Notes: generated from the letters alone by a model not told the origin. A stretch of 64,000 nt of DNA from Eubacteriales bacterium (GCA_045635765.1 JAZTWH010000077.1:10369-74368); one strand, 5' to 3'; positions 9,866 to 19,246 are shown, counted from the stretch's first letter. Numbers and translations: made by a program.

Positions 9866-12160
9866 TTATTCTCCTTCATATAGTTTCAATTCAAAGCTGT
9901 CTGCCACGGCCTGGCGGGCAGAAGAAATATCGGTAAAGACGCCTTCGCAGATCATCTGGGCCAAAATATTTCCGATGGAGGAACATTCGGTAGGACCGGC
10001 AAGGACGGGAACTCCGCAGGCTTTTGCGGTCATATTGTCAAGGTAGTCGTCTTTGCTTCCGCCGCCGACGATGTTGATGCAATCCACCGGCAGTCCGGTA
10101 ATCTCCCGGAGAAGGTTAAAATATTGTGCGTAGGCCGCGGAAAGGCCCCGGTAGATGGACTGCATGATCTCTCCGACGGTGGAGGGAACGGGCTGACCGG
10201 AATCCCGGCAATATTCTTTAATTTCCGTAATCATACTCTCGGGAGCCAGGAACCGGGGATCGCAAACGTCCACCACAGAGGGGAAATCCTTGGCTTCTGC
10301 GGCCATATCCGCCAGCTGGCCGAAGGAGTATTTCTTATCCAACTCCCGGCGGACCGACTGCACGAACCACATACCGTTGATGTTGCGAAGATACCGAATC
10401 CGACCACCGCAGGAGCCTTCGTTGGTAAACTTGGCGTCAAAGCCGGCCTTGGAGGTGACGGCCCGATCCAGCTCCGTCCCAAGAATAGACCATGTACCGC
10501 TGGAAATATACACCATATTTTTCTTGGTAGTGGGAACGGCGAGGACTGCCGAAGCGGTATCGTGGCTTGCGGCCAAAATAACCCGGCAGGAGAAGCCGAC
10601 CTTTTCCGCAATCTCTTTTTTCAGCACACCCACTTCCCGGCAGGGCTGATGCACCGTGCCGAAGGCCTCTTTGGGGAAGCCGATCAGCTCAAGGATCTTT
10701 TCATCCCAGGTCCCGGTGGTGCAATTAAGCATATTGGTGGTAGAACTGTTGGTGTATTCGTTCATCTTCACGCCGGTGAGAAGGAAATTCAGGTATTCGG
10801 GAAGCATGAGGAAGGTTTTGGTCCGAGCCGCAATTTCCGGTTCCCGCAATTTTGTTTCATACAATTGGAACAAGGTATTGATGGCCTGGGCCTGGCAGCC
10901 GGTACGCTCGTAAAGCTCCGACTCGGGCATGAGCCGGAAGAATTGTTCGGGAATACCTACCGTGCGGTTATCCCGATACGCGTAGGTCTCCCCCAGCAGG
11001 CGGTCCTTCTCGTCCAGCAGAGCGTAATCCACGCCCCACGTGTCGATGGCCATGGTGGAAGGAATCTTCCCGATGTCCTTACAATGGCGAAGTCCGTTTA
11101 CGATCTGGGTAAAGAGACGGTCGTAATCCCAGCAAAGATGTCCGTCCCGGCGAACCACGTTGTTTTCAAAGCGGTAGACTTCTTCCAGAACGATCTTTCC
11201 GTTTTCCAGGCCGCCTAAGATCAAGCGTCCGCTGGACGCACCGAGGTCGACGGCAAGATGATACTGTTTCAACAAATTCCCTCCATAACCTTCGCTTTTC
11301 CGCACCGCCGCCCGATACTCCGCAGGGGAAGTTTTCATAATCCGGCGAAAGGCACGGTTAAAGCTGGATTTTGTATTGAATCCGCTCTGCATTGCAACGT
11401 CCAGAACGGAAGCTTGCGTATTTTTCAACAGGGCCGTAGCGTAGGACACCCGCTTGAGAAGGACGTACTCCCAGGGAGAAACGCCGTTCAGATCCCGGAA
11501 AACCTTCATAAAATAGCTTCGGCTCATTCCGGCGGCCTCCGAGGCCTCGTCCACGGTAATCTGCTCCCGGAAATTGGAGTTAATATACCGAAGTCCCCGT
11601 TCCGCATCGGAGACGGTACGGACGCCGTCGAGGCGGGAACGGTGGGAATAATCATAATGACGAAGCAACAGGACCAAGATCTGCATGGTTAAGGCCCTTG
11701 CCTCCAGATCCGAAAAAGGTTCTCCTTCCGAAACGACGGCGGAGATCCGTTCCATCAAGGTCCCTACCGCAACGTTTACGGGATTGGCTCGAGGCAAACG
11801 GGCGGAAATACCGGCGGTAGGACGAAGCAGAAAAGAGACACAGCGAAAATCATAAGTCCCTTCCGATCCGTCCCAAATAAACCGGGGATCGAACCGAATC
11901 TGCAAGAATCGGAATTCCGGCTCCGTTGCCCGAAAGGAATGGGCGGCGTGACCGGGAAAAACAAACAGATCTCCCGGGATCGCATCGGCCTCGGCCCGGT
12001 CGGACAGACAAACCCCCGCCCCGGACAGAACCCGGACCAACTCGATCTCCGGCCGGGAGGGCAGCGAAAGATCCTTGTCCTCGGGAGAAAGGGCGTGCTC
12101 GCACACCTTTACCAGGACGTTCCCTCCGTCGGAGGCGATATGGGATTCCAACAAGACCAT
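9866..12160 (-). CDS. rhaB: Single open frame encoding an AraC-family (cupin + HTH) rhamnose-type regulator followed in frame by rhamnulokinase (FGGY); an internal SD+TTG at 11272 could also yield free-standing RhaB
   Basis: The N-terminal ~300 aa carry a cupin fold and the AraC HTH (...[23 protein letters not shown]). No stop codon precedes ...[20 protein letters not shown]...DTWGVDY...SSGTWSILG...[13 protein letters not shown]-like FGGY motifs. Start taken at ATG 12160. Confidence 0.8.
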   Translation of the reverse strand: MVLLESHIASDGGNVLVKVCEHALSPEDKDLSLPSRPEIELVRVLSGAGVCLSDRAEADAIPGDLFVFPGHAAHSFRATEPEFRFLQIRFDPRFIWDGSEGTYDFRCVSFLLRPTAGISARLPRANPVNVAVGTLMERISAVVSEGEPFSDLEARALTMQILVLLLRHYDYSHRSRLDGVRTVSDAERGLRYINSNFREQITVDEASEAAGMSRSYFMKVFRDLNGVSPWEYVLLKRVSYATALLKNTQASVLDVAMQSGFNTKSSFNRAFRRIMKTSPAEYRAAVRKSEGYGGNLLKQYHLAVDLGASSGRLILGGLENGKIVLEEVYRFENNVVRRDGHLCWDYDRLFTQIVNGLRHCKDIGKIPSTMAIDTWGVDYALLDEKDRLLGETYAYRDNRTVGIPEQFFRLMPESELYERTGCQAQAINTLFQLYETKLREPEIAARTKTFLMLPEYLNFLLTGVKMNEYTNSSTTNMLNCTTGTWDEKILELIGFPKEAFGTVHQPCREVGVLKKEIAEKVGFSCRVILAASHDTASAVLAVPTTKKNMVYISSGTWSILGTELDRAVTSKAGFDAKFTNEGSCGGRIRYLRNINGMWFVQSVRRELDKKYSFGQLADMAAEAKDFPSVVDVCDPRFLAPESMITEIKEYCRDSGQPVPSTVGEIMQSIYRGLSAAYAQYFNLLREITGLPVDCINIVGGGSKDDYLDNMTAKACGVPVLAGPTECSSIGNILAQMICEGVFTDISSARQAVADSFELKLYEGE

Positions 12161-12340
12161 GGATAGCCTTCTTTCTGAGTATATTGTATCATACCCGGGG
12201 GAACAATTCAACCGAAATAATATCAAATAAGGTGCAAATCGTATTTTATTTCCCCGATGCGAGAAAGTAAAAATTCAATTTTTTCACGGTTTTTAGGCAT
12301 TTTTAATTCAATGGAACAGGAGAAAATCTTCTTTTCTTTT

Positions 12341-12369
12341 ATCATACCACAAATTGCGGATTTTGTCAA
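12341..12369 (-). promoter_or_regulatory. Candidate rha operon promoter
   Basis: Minus strand reads TTGACA-17 nt-TATGAT. Confidence 0.55.
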
Positions 12370-12396
12370 GAAAAAAATTCCCCATTCCGAACAATC

Positions 12397-12436
12397 ATAT
12401 GCACCCCAAAAGTTAAATGCTTCTTGGGGTGCATAT
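12397..12436. terminator. Stem-loop downstream of the 611-aa membrane protein gene
   Basis: 13-bp perfect stem ATATGCACCCCAA / TTGGGGTGCATAT with a 14-nt loop. No clear T-tract on either side. Confidence 0.45.
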
Positions 12437-12459
12437 CACAAACGGCATGGGGATTTCAC

Positions 12460-14295
12460 TTAATTGGAAATTTCCATCTCTGCGGGATAGATGTAGAGAG
12501 AGCCCTCGGGGATTTCCTTAATGCGGTAAATAACGCAGTCGTCCTTCCACAGAACCGTATAGCCTGCCCGGGACAATTCGGAAACGAGGGCATCGTGTTT
12601 GGCCGATATGAGCAGATAGTCGTAATACCGAAGCAGTTTCACGTCGTCGGCGATACTGTACTCGGGCTGGGCAAAATCCAAATCAAAGCACACTCGGGTC
12701 TTTAATTCGTACATCATTAAATAATAATAGAGGTCCCGTCTCCCCCGTTCGCCGTTGCACATGGCAACCTTGGAATTTCGGGGAATCACCTCCGCGGCCT
12801 GTTGCAAGGTTTCCATGACCTGGCCCCGCTCCGTCGTTGCAAACTCCGGGGGACGGATCAATTGTACGGCCTGGCCGGAAACAAGGGAAAAGAGCAACAG
12901 GGAAAGACTGAAGGGCAAAAGATGCACCCAAAGGGGTTGGTCCTGAAAAAGATTGTAAAAAACAGTTGCCACGGCCTCGGTCAGCATGGCGGTAAACAAA
13001 ATCAAGGGAGTGATGATATACCGTTCAAAGGCTGCCAGATACTGGGCTTCTCCCACGGCCATAATGAAGCCGTACATAAACATCAAAGCAAAGCAATACC
13101 CCAGCAACAGCCCGTTTGCGGCGATCCAGGTGCGAAAAAGATAGGTCCCATTCTTCTTGCGGAATCGCAGAAGCAGCAGAACTGCAATGACCACCAGATT
13201 CAAAACCACAAAGAAAACTACGTAAATCTTGGAAAAATCGGAGACCTTCTCCCAAAGAGTCCTCAAAATTCCCAAATAGAAGGACGGGGTCCGTTCCCGG
13301 AAGGTTTGAACAATCCCGTGATAGGCATAGGAATTGGTATCCGCACCGTAAGTAAGATCCCGATAGGTTTTCCACAAAAGGTACCACAATCCCGCCCCGG
13401 CAAAGGGCAGAAGGCACCACAGGCGTTTCCCTTTGGAAAAGGAGGATTTCCAAGCATCGTAGCATAAAAACAATGCAAAAAACACCAGCAGGAGCACGGA
13501 ATTGCTTTTGACCAAGCTCAGAAACGTGAGAATCGGTGTCAGAAAGGCCCAGGCAGACAAGGGGGCCGAACGGTATTCCTCCCGCAAGAACCACGCCGCA
13601 ACGGCAAGAAAGCCCATCAAGGCATCCACCAAAAGATTATATACCTGCAGGGTTCCGTCATCGTAGACCAGCAAGCAGATCAAGACCGCAGAAAGCACCG
13701 AATAAAACAGAAAGCGAAAAGAAACAACCCTTCGGACCCGGAAAAAGAGCACCGACAGGGCGGCACAAGAGAAAAGGGCCTGCCCAATCAGGGCAATATG
13801 CTCCAAAGGGCCCACGAAGGTACAAAACCAATACAAGAAGGAGGCAGTCCCCGGAGCGTAATCCCGAAAAACTACGACCGTTTGAGCCGTGGGGAAATCG
13901 TGAAACGACAGCATTTCCGAGAGAACCGTGCCCCAATGGGAAAAGTTATCGTAATGGTAATAAGGAACGCCCCAAAGAATGGGAATAAAAATCGCCGAGG
14001 CCACGAAAAAGAAGATCAGTCCGGGAGAAATCAAAAAGGAAAGGGAAAACCGACGGTGTATGGCCAAAACAACGTAAAAAATCAGCAATCCGATTCCGCA
14101 AAAAAACAGGACCCAGGCCCCGGGTTGCAGCAAATGAATCATTCCGAGGGTAAACAATCCAACGGTCAGGGTACAAAGAGTAACGATGGGCACGAAGGCA
14201 GGTTTTAATTTCGTAACGTGAACCGTAAGACAGAACCAGCCGCAAAGGCCGGCGACAAAAGCCACAAACCGAAGTACCGTCAGGAAAACCGACAT
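12460..14295 (-). CDS. Large polytopic membrane protein (about 14 predicted TM segments plus a ~130-aa C-terminal soluble domain); possibly a GT-C-like glycosyltransferase, function unknown
   Basis: 611 aa of aromatic-rich TM segments with a loop ...WGVPYYHYDNFSHWGTVLSEMLSFHDFP.... Monocistronic, with its own promoter and hairpin. Confidence 0.7.
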   Translation of the reverse strand: MSVFLTVLRFVAFVAGLCGWFCLTVHVTKLKPAFVPIVTLCTLTVGLFTLGMIHLLQPGAWVLFFCGIGLLIFYVVLAIHRRFSLSFLISPGLIFFFVASAIFIPILWGVPYYHYDNFSHWGTVLSEMLSFHDFPTAQTVVVFRDYAPGTASFLYWFCTFVGPLEHIALIGQALFSCAALSVLFFRVRRVVSFRFLFYSVLSAVLICLLVYDDGTLQVYNLLVDALMGFLAVAAWFLREEYRSAPLSAWAFLTPILTFLSLVKSNSVLLLVFFALFLCYDAWKSSFSKGKRLWCLLPFAGAGLWYLLWKTYRDLTYGADTNSYAYHGIVQTFRERTPSFYLGILRTLWEKVSDFSKIYVVFFVVLNLVVIAVLLLLRFRKKNGTYLFRTWIAANGLLLGYCFALMFMYGFIMAVGEAQYLAAFERYIITPLILFTAMLTEAVATVFYNLFQDQPLWVHLLPFSLSLLLFSLVSGQAVQLIRPPEFATTERGQVMETLQQAAEVIPRNSKVAMCNGERGRRDLYYYLMMYELKTRVCFDLDFAQPEYSIADDVKLLRYYDYLLISAKHDALVSELSRAGYTVLWKDDCVIYRIKEIPEGSLYIYPAEMEISN

Positions 14296-14329
14296 CCAAA
14301 CTCCTCCCCCTTTCCGTTATTATGAGCAC

Positions 14330-14358
14330 ATTGTACCATACATTCCATAAATTGTCAA
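14330..14358 (-). promoter_or_regulatory. Promoter of the 611-aa membrane protein gene
   Basis: Minus strand reads TTGACA-17 nt-TACAAT, about 35 nt upstream of AGGAG and ATG 14295. Confidence 0.6.
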
Positions 14359-14425
14359 TAAAGAATGATTTGCAAAATCCTTAAGAAAACCTTACAATTT
14401 CTTTTTGCGACAATTACGTTTGCAC

Positions 14426-14463
14426 AAAAAAAACATAGAGACGAAGGTTTCCCATCGTCTCTA
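14426..14463 (-). terminator. Intrinsic terminator of the ABC operon
   Basis: TAGAGACGA-N10-TCGTCTCTA followed by T8 on the minus strand. Confidence 0.75.
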
Positions 14464-14475
14464 CAAAAGCATTAT

Positions 14476-15420
14476 TTACAACAACGTTATGATGAGCAGC
14501 ACGGCCGCAACGATAATCCAGATAAGGGAGAACGCCACTAACACGATCCACCGCTTAAAGGCACTGGTCTTTTTCGATAATGCAAACACAATTCCCAAGA
14601 TCAGCGGGGCCAAAGGCAACAGGAAGCCAAAGAGGACGAGCAGAACGTAAAATGCGATCGCCCCGGCACTCATGGGGTTGTCGCTCTCAAACCGAACCTC
14701 CAGATCCATCGTTTGCTGCAGCACCTCTTCCAGAAGGGGGACCGACTCTCTGTCGATTCGTTTTGCGTCAACCGTGCCATGGGTATTATAGTTGATGTGT
14801 CCTTCGGAATCAAAGAACCGATCGGAAATGGTATCGTAAGAAACCTCCCAATAATACTCTCCCACGTGATAGATGGCACCGATGCAACGGGCGAAGGAGG
14901 CATCCTCGTAAAAAGCGTATATTTCGTAACAGAGAGCATCCTCCAGATTCTCAAGAGGGAAATAACTGGTCAGGGAATGTTTGATTTCATGAACGGGATA
15001 TTCTGCGGCTGAGGCCCAGCCGTCAACCAGGATTACAAAGGATTCTCCCTCCTTCCAGGATCCCTTCTCCCTCATTTCGGCCGCATCCGACCGAAGGTAA
15101 ATATCGGGAACCTTGTCATTGCAGGGGTCCGTTCCATCGGGGATCAGAATCATGGTCTTTTCTTCATCCGTATAGATCCGCTGTGTTTCCAAAAATTCGC
15201 TTCCGTCATCTATTTCCACATCCTGATAGTAGGCCACTTCCGGATGATACCGGTCCAGATGATCGAACTTTTTATAACGCTTATATGTGGCACCGTTATA
15301 AGAAATGGTGTTGCGATTATAAACCGTAATGGTATAATCTTCCTTTGCATTGGCGGGGATAACCAGAAGAAAAACAAAGATGCACGCCAGAAGGAGCGTT
15401 GCCACGCGTTTCAATTTCAT
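14476..15420 (-). CDS. Hypothetical exported protein with an N-terminal signal peptide, a ~230-aa extracytoplasmic domain and two C-terminal TM helices
   Basis: MKLKRVATLLLACIFVFLLVIPANA|KED..., ending ...GAIAFYVLLVLFGFLLPLAPLILGIVFAL...IVLVAFSLIWIIVAAVLLIITLL. GGAGGG RBS lies directly after the permease stop. Confidence 0.7.
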   Translation of the reverse strand: MKLKRVATLLLACIFVFLLVIPANAKEDYTITVYNRNTISYNGATYKRYKKFDHLDRYHPEVAYYQDVEIDDGSEFLETQRIYTDEEKTMILIPDGTDPCNDKVPDIYLRSDAAEMREKGSWKEGESFVILVDGWASAAEYPVHEIKHSLTSYFPLENLEDALCYEIYAFYEDASFARCIGAIYHVGEYYWEVSYDTISDRFFDSEGHINYNTHGTVDAKRIDRESVPLLEEVLQQTMDLEVRFESDNPMSAGAIAFYVLLVLFGFLLPLAPLILGIVFALSKKTSAFKRWIVLVAFSLIWIIVAAVLLIITLL

Positions 15421-15432
15421 ATCCGTCCCTCC

Positions 15433-16302
15433 TTACGCCAAGTTAAGCTTCCGTTCCAGGGAGCCCAGAAGGATATTCCACAACAGGACGGCCACCGTCC
15501 CGAGGACCACACACACGAGAAGCAACAATGCGGCAATAAAGGAATAGCTCTGCACCTCCGTAAAGCCCTCAAACACCTCGGCGGAATCTATACTCATAAA
15601 CACCAGGATAACGACTCCCACGTAGTACAAAACGCCTACGATCTGCCCCGTACCGTAAATCAAGCCGATGGAAAGCAACCACCGCAACTTGCGGACGAGG
15701 AGGGAGGACACGGTAATACACAGGTAGACCCAAAGATAACTGATGAAACTGGCCAAGAAGGACAAAATTAAAAATTCGGCCACGTACAAGAGGATCCATC
15801 CGCCGTATCCGTTTTGAAAGCCGTCTTTCAAGACGTCTCCGACAAAGGAAAACAACCACATCAACAGCGACGATTGTCCATCGGGACTGGAAATCAAGCT
15901 GAGCGTTTGAAGGGATCCGACGGTCAAAACCGCACTCGTTGCCCCGTTCCAGATCACAGCGTTAAGGATCTTGGAGAAAAGCAACGTTCTGCGTTTGACG
16001 GGAAGCGTAAAGGTAAGATACCCTTCATCGCTGAAAAAGTGACGGTAAAAACGAACGTGGACTAAAACTGAAGTCAGGATTCCAAATCCTACGACACACA
16101 TATACACGGCAATGGTGAAAAATTCAATAAAGAGATAAAGCACCGTATTCCCGAAGGAATCATAGGAATGGGAGACCATCGAAGACCGTAACATCTGAAA
16201 GATCAGACCGGTAGGGATAGACAATCCCAGAACGGTAACTGCGGCGATCCACCAGACCTTGAAGACTGATTTCAGATCATATTTCAAGCATTTGGCAAGC
16301 AT
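15433..16302 (-). CDS. ABC transporter permease-like membrane protein (6 TM)
   Basis: 289 aa polytopic protein. Overlaps the upstream ATPase gene by 19 nt. Confidence 0.75.
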   Translation of the reverse strand: MLAKCLKYDLKSVFKVWWIAAVTVLGLSIPTGLIFQMLRSSMVSHSYDSFGNTVLYLFIEFFTIAVYMCVVGFGILTSVLVHVRFYRHFFSDEGYLTFTLPVKRRTLLFSKILNAVIWNGATSAVLTVGSLQTLSLISSPDGQSSLLMWLFSFVGDVLKDGFQNGYGGWILLYVAEFLILSFLASFISYLWVYLCITVSSLLVRKLRWLLSIGLIYGTGQIVGVLYYVGVVILVFMSIDSAEVFEGFTEVQSYSFIAALLLLVCVVLGTVAVLLWNILLGSLERKLNLA

Positions 16303-17003
16303 CGGAACACCTCCCGGAACAATTCGTCCAACGATTTTCCATATTCCTCCCGGACCACGTCGGCGTCCCCTCCCAGGACGATGGATCCGCCGTAGCCCAA
16401 AAAGGCAAATTGATCCAAAATCGATTCAACATCGGAAATCAAATGGGTGGTAATAATAACCGAAGCTTCGGGGTTGTGGCTGCCGATAATGGTTTGCAGA
16501 ATATAATCCCGGGCCGCCGGATCCACTCCTCCAATGGGTTCATCCAATAAGTACAGCTTCGCCCGGCGGGACATCACGAGGACCAGTTGGACCTTTTCCT
16601 TCATTCCCTTGGAAAGGGTTTTGAGGGACGCCCTGGGATCAATATTCAAATCCAAAAGCATTTTCAAAGCGAGAGTGTGATCAAAATCCTCATAAAAGTC
16701 GCTAAAATAATCCAACAACGCATCCGCCCGGATTCCGGCAGGGAAATAAGGACGCTCCGGGAGGTAGGAAATAAGGGCGTTGGTCTTTTCACTGCGAGGC
16801 TGACCGCAAATGCGGATGGTTCCGCTGTTGGGGACAAGAATTCCGCTGACCAATTTCAAAAAGGTAGACTTTCCGCACCCGTTCGGCCCCAAAAGCCCCA
16901 TGATCTTCCCGGGGGCCAAGGACAGAGACAGATCTTCTAACACCGGAGTATTGGCTTTGTACCGCTTACAGAGATGGCTGCAAGCAAGAACCGGGGTACT
17001 CAC
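16284..17003 (-). CDS. ABC transporter ATP-binding protein
   Basis: Walker A GPNGCGKST, signature LSKGMKEKV, Walker B LYLLDEP. Confidence 0.9.
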   Translation of the reverse strand: MSTPVLACSHLCKRYKANTPVLEDLSLSLAPGKIMGLLGPNGCGKSTFLKLVSGILVPNSGTIRICGQPRSEKTNALISYLPERPYFPAGIRADALLDYFSDFYEDFDHTLALKMLLDLNIDPRASLKTLSKGMKEKVQLVLVMSRRAKLYLLDEPIGGVDPAARDYILQTIIGSHNPEASVIITTHLISDVESILDQFAFLGYGGSIVLGGDADVVREEYGKSLDELFREVFRCLPNA

Positions 17004-17147
17004 GACAGATTCTCCTCTCGTTCAAAGATAAATTACTTTCAAATTTCTTTCGCAATCCAAGCTCTTTTCCTCAGCCAAACAAGACCTGAAGATTTCGGCG
17101 AAATTTCAAGAGCATAAAATCCATTTGTCTAAAATGGTCCTAATATA

Positions 17148-17176
17148 ATTATACAGCAGGAGGATAAAATTGTCAA
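17148..17176 (-). promoter_or_regulatory. Consensus sigma-A promoter of the ABC operon
   Basis: Minus strand reads TTGACA-17 nt-TATAAT exactly, about 140 nt upstream of the start at 17003. Confidence 0.65.
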
Positions 17177-17565
17177 TACCTCTTCCCGGAAGCATTCTTT
17201 TTTCACACAATTGACAAAAATCCTCCTCCGTTGAAATCAACGGAATTTACCGCAGGATTCCCAGAAAGGCACCCCTATTGGGGCTCACTGTTCTATCCCA
17301 CGGATGAAAAATTTTTATAGTAATATATCAACATTTCCACAGTATCACAAGATTTGAAATTTTTACGATTAAATGCATAAATGAGACGAAAAGCTTGCCT
17401 TCCGCGATGGGGAACCGCCTCTTTTCTTATAATCTAGCAAGTCAAGTAATTTTGTGCTACGCACCATAAAATCGGGATTTGAATTTCGGTAAAATTAAAT
17501 GCGGCTAACCCGGAAAAATCAAATTTCACCGGGAAGCAATTTCATTCATCGAAGATAAATTTTGT

Positions 17566-17600
17566 AAAAAAAAGACACGATTTAAAATCGTGTCTTTTTT
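17566..17600. terminator. Bidirectional intrinsic terminator ending the tRNA operon
   Basis: aaaaaaaaGACACGAtttaaaaTCGTGTCtttttttt abuts the 3' end of tRNA-Cys. Confidence 0.7.
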
Positions 17601-17675
17601 TGGAGGCACCATCCGGATTCGGACCGGAGCGTGGAAGTTTTGCAGACTTCTGCCTTACCACTTGGCTATGGTGCC
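17601..17675 (-). tRNA. tRNA-Cys (GCA)
   Basis: Cloverleaf folded by hand: acceptor GGCACCA/TGGTGCC, anticodon arm GAAGT-CTGCAAA-ACTTC, T-loop GGTCCGAATCC, encoded CCA. Confidence 0.9.
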
Positions 17676-17746
17676 ATTTGACGGTTTTTGGAGAAAACCG
17701 TTTTTAAGAAAAATATCATGTTCGATGGGAACATGATATTTTTGTG

Positions 17747-17822
17747 TGGAGCGGAATACGGGGCTCGAACCCGCTACCTCAACCTTGGCAAGGTTGCGCT
17801 CTACCAGATGAGCTAATTCCGC
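17747..17822 (-). tRNA. tRNA-Gly (GCC)
   Basis: Acceptor GCGGAAT/ATTCCGC, anticodon loop cTTGCCAAg, T-loop GGTTCGAGCCC, encoded CCA. Confidence 0.9.
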
Positions 17823-17849
17823 AAATATCTTGCCGAAACCGACAAGAGT

Positions 17850-17925
<76 letters not shown>

Positions 17926-17930
17926 ATAAG

Positions 17931-18007
17931 TGGCGACTCAGAAGGGACTCGAACCCTCGACCTCCGCCGTGACAGGGCGGCGTTCTAACCAACTGAACTA
18001 CTGAGCC
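17931..18007 (-). tRNA. tRNA-Asp (GTC)
   Basis: GGCTCAGTAGTTCAGTTGGTTAGAAC..., anticodon loop CTGTCAC, encoded CCA. Confidence 0.9.
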
Positions 18008-18012
18008 GTGTT

Positions 18013-18088
18013 TGGTGGGAACTACAGGGCTCGAACCTATGACCCTCTGCTTGTAAGGCAGATGCTCTCCCAGCTGAGCTAAGCTCCC
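18013..18088 (-). tRNA. tRNA-Val (TAC)
   Basis: GGGAGCTTAGCTCAGCTGGGAGAGC..., anticodon loop CTTACAA, encoded CCA. Confidence 0.9.
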
Positions 18089-18120
18089 GTTTTTTACGCT
18101 GTTTCGTTGTCAGCCTAAAT

Positions 18121-18149
18121 ATAATACCACACTTTCCCGAATTTGTCAA
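18121..18149 (-). promoter_or_regulatory. Promoter of the Val-Asp-Phe-Gly-Cys tRNA operon
   Basis: Minus strand reads TTGACA-17 nt-TATTAT, about 30 nt upstream of tRNA-Val. Confidence 0.7.
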
Positions 18150-18284
18150 GCGGTTTTTTAAAAAAAATTATCGGTTTTTTGATGTTCGTACAATTGTTAC
18201 TATAAAATGGAAATAAAAAATAATTTCTTTGTTCAAAATATACATTTCCGACAAAAAAAGAACGGATAAATATAAAAAACAGGG

Positions 18285-18313
18285 TTGATTTTTCAATAAA
18301 AATATGGTATACT
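18285..18313 (+). promoter_or_regulatory. Promoter of the SpoU methyltransferase gene
   Basis: TTGATT-17 nt-TATACT with an extended-10 TGg. Confidence 0.55.
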
Positions 18314-18341
18314 GAAGCCAAAAAGGTTGGGAGGTTTGGAT

Positions 18342-19076
18342 ATGGAAAGCATTATTTTGGAGGGCTCCATTTCCGTGAAGGCGGCATTGGAGGCCGGCCG
18401 TCGGGAATGTTATGAAATCATCACCGACGGGAGAAAGCCCGACCGAAATCGAAATTACATTCTGAACCTTGCCAAAGAAAAAGGAATTCCCATTACGCTA
18501 TGGACCCCGGAACAAATTTCCCAATTAGCGGGTGGCTCGTCCCACGGGGGTCTTTTGGCGAAGGTGTCAGACCGTCAATATCAAAGTCTGGAGGACGCCA
18601 TTTCCCGCTCCGTACCGTTTCTCGCATTGCTGGAAGGAATCGAAGACCCCTATAACTTCGGAGGGGCTTTGCGGTCCCTTTTCGCCGCAGGGGTCACAGG
18701 GATTTTGGTCCCGGAACGGAACTGGTGCAGTGCGGCAGCCGTGGTCACGAAGGCCTCCGCCGGTGCATCGGAATTTTTAGACATCGTTTCCGTATCGGAT
18801 TGGGAAACCTCCTTAAAAAACGTACGGGACCGGGGAATCCGTATTCTGTGTGCGGAACGGAAAAACGCGGTATCGTTGTACGAAAGCGACCTGACGGGCC
18901 CGCTGATACTCGTTTTCGGAGGGGAAATGCGGGGAATTTCGGCAAAAATCTTGGGGTATTCCGACCAAAACCTGTTCCTTCCCTACGGGAGTAATTTCCG
19001 CAATGCCCTCTCCGCCAATTCCGCCGCCGCGGTCTTTGCCTTCGAGGCCTACCGCCAAAGAGCAAAAACAGAGTAG
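18342..19076 (+). CDS. SpoU/TrmH family RNA 2'-O-methyltransferase (RlmB-like)
   Basis: ...LALLEGIEDPYNFGGALRSLFAAGV...LVFGGEMRGIS...IPYGSNFRNALSANSAAAVFAFE, the SPOUT knot motifs. ATG 18342 follows GGGAGG. Confidence 0.85.
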   Translation: MESIILEGSISVKAALEAGRRECYEIITDGRKPDRNRNYILNLAKEKGIPITLWTPEQISQLAGGSSHGGLLAKVSDRQYQSLEDAISRSVPFLALLEGIEDPYNFGGALRSLFAAGVTGILVPERNWCSAAAVVTKASAGASEFLDIVSVSDWETSLKNVRDRGIRILCAERKNAVSLYESDLTGPLILVFGGEMRGISAKILGYSDQNLFLPYGSNFRNALSANSAAAVFAFEAYRQRAKTE

Positions 19077-19113
19077 TCCAAAGAGCAAAACAGGGCAGTC
19101 CAAAGAGAAGGGG
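19055..19113 (+). repeat. 22-23-nt tandem repeat, 2.6 copies, spanning the methyltransferase stop codon
   Basis: CCAAAGAGCAAAAACAGAGTAGT / CCAAAGAGCAAAACAGGGCAGT / CCAAAGAGAAGGGG. Confidence 0.6.
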
Positions 19114-19164
19114 CCTCAGAACGTTCCGGCTCCCGGAACATTCCAACTCCCGAAAATAAATAAC

Positions 19165-19191
19165 GCCGATAAGGAGATTCTCCTTATCGGC
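19165..19191. terminator. Bidirectional terminator between the methyltransferase gene and secG
   Basis: 12-bp stem GCCGATAAGGAG-att-CTCCTTATCGGC, flanked by A-rich sequence on one side and T-rich on the other. Confidence 0.7.
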
Positions 19192-19246
19192 ACTTTTATT
19201 GTTTTGAAAAAGTGGACGACGTAGAACCTTGGTTCTCCGCCCTCGA

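Noticed and set aside
12161-12226. N-terminal extension of the regulator-kinase ORF (MILFRLNCSPGYDTIYSERRLS)
   Set aside because: It has no RBS, and the cupin domain aligns from [10 protein letters not shown] at ATG 12160. The choice remains uncertain and affects only 22 codons.
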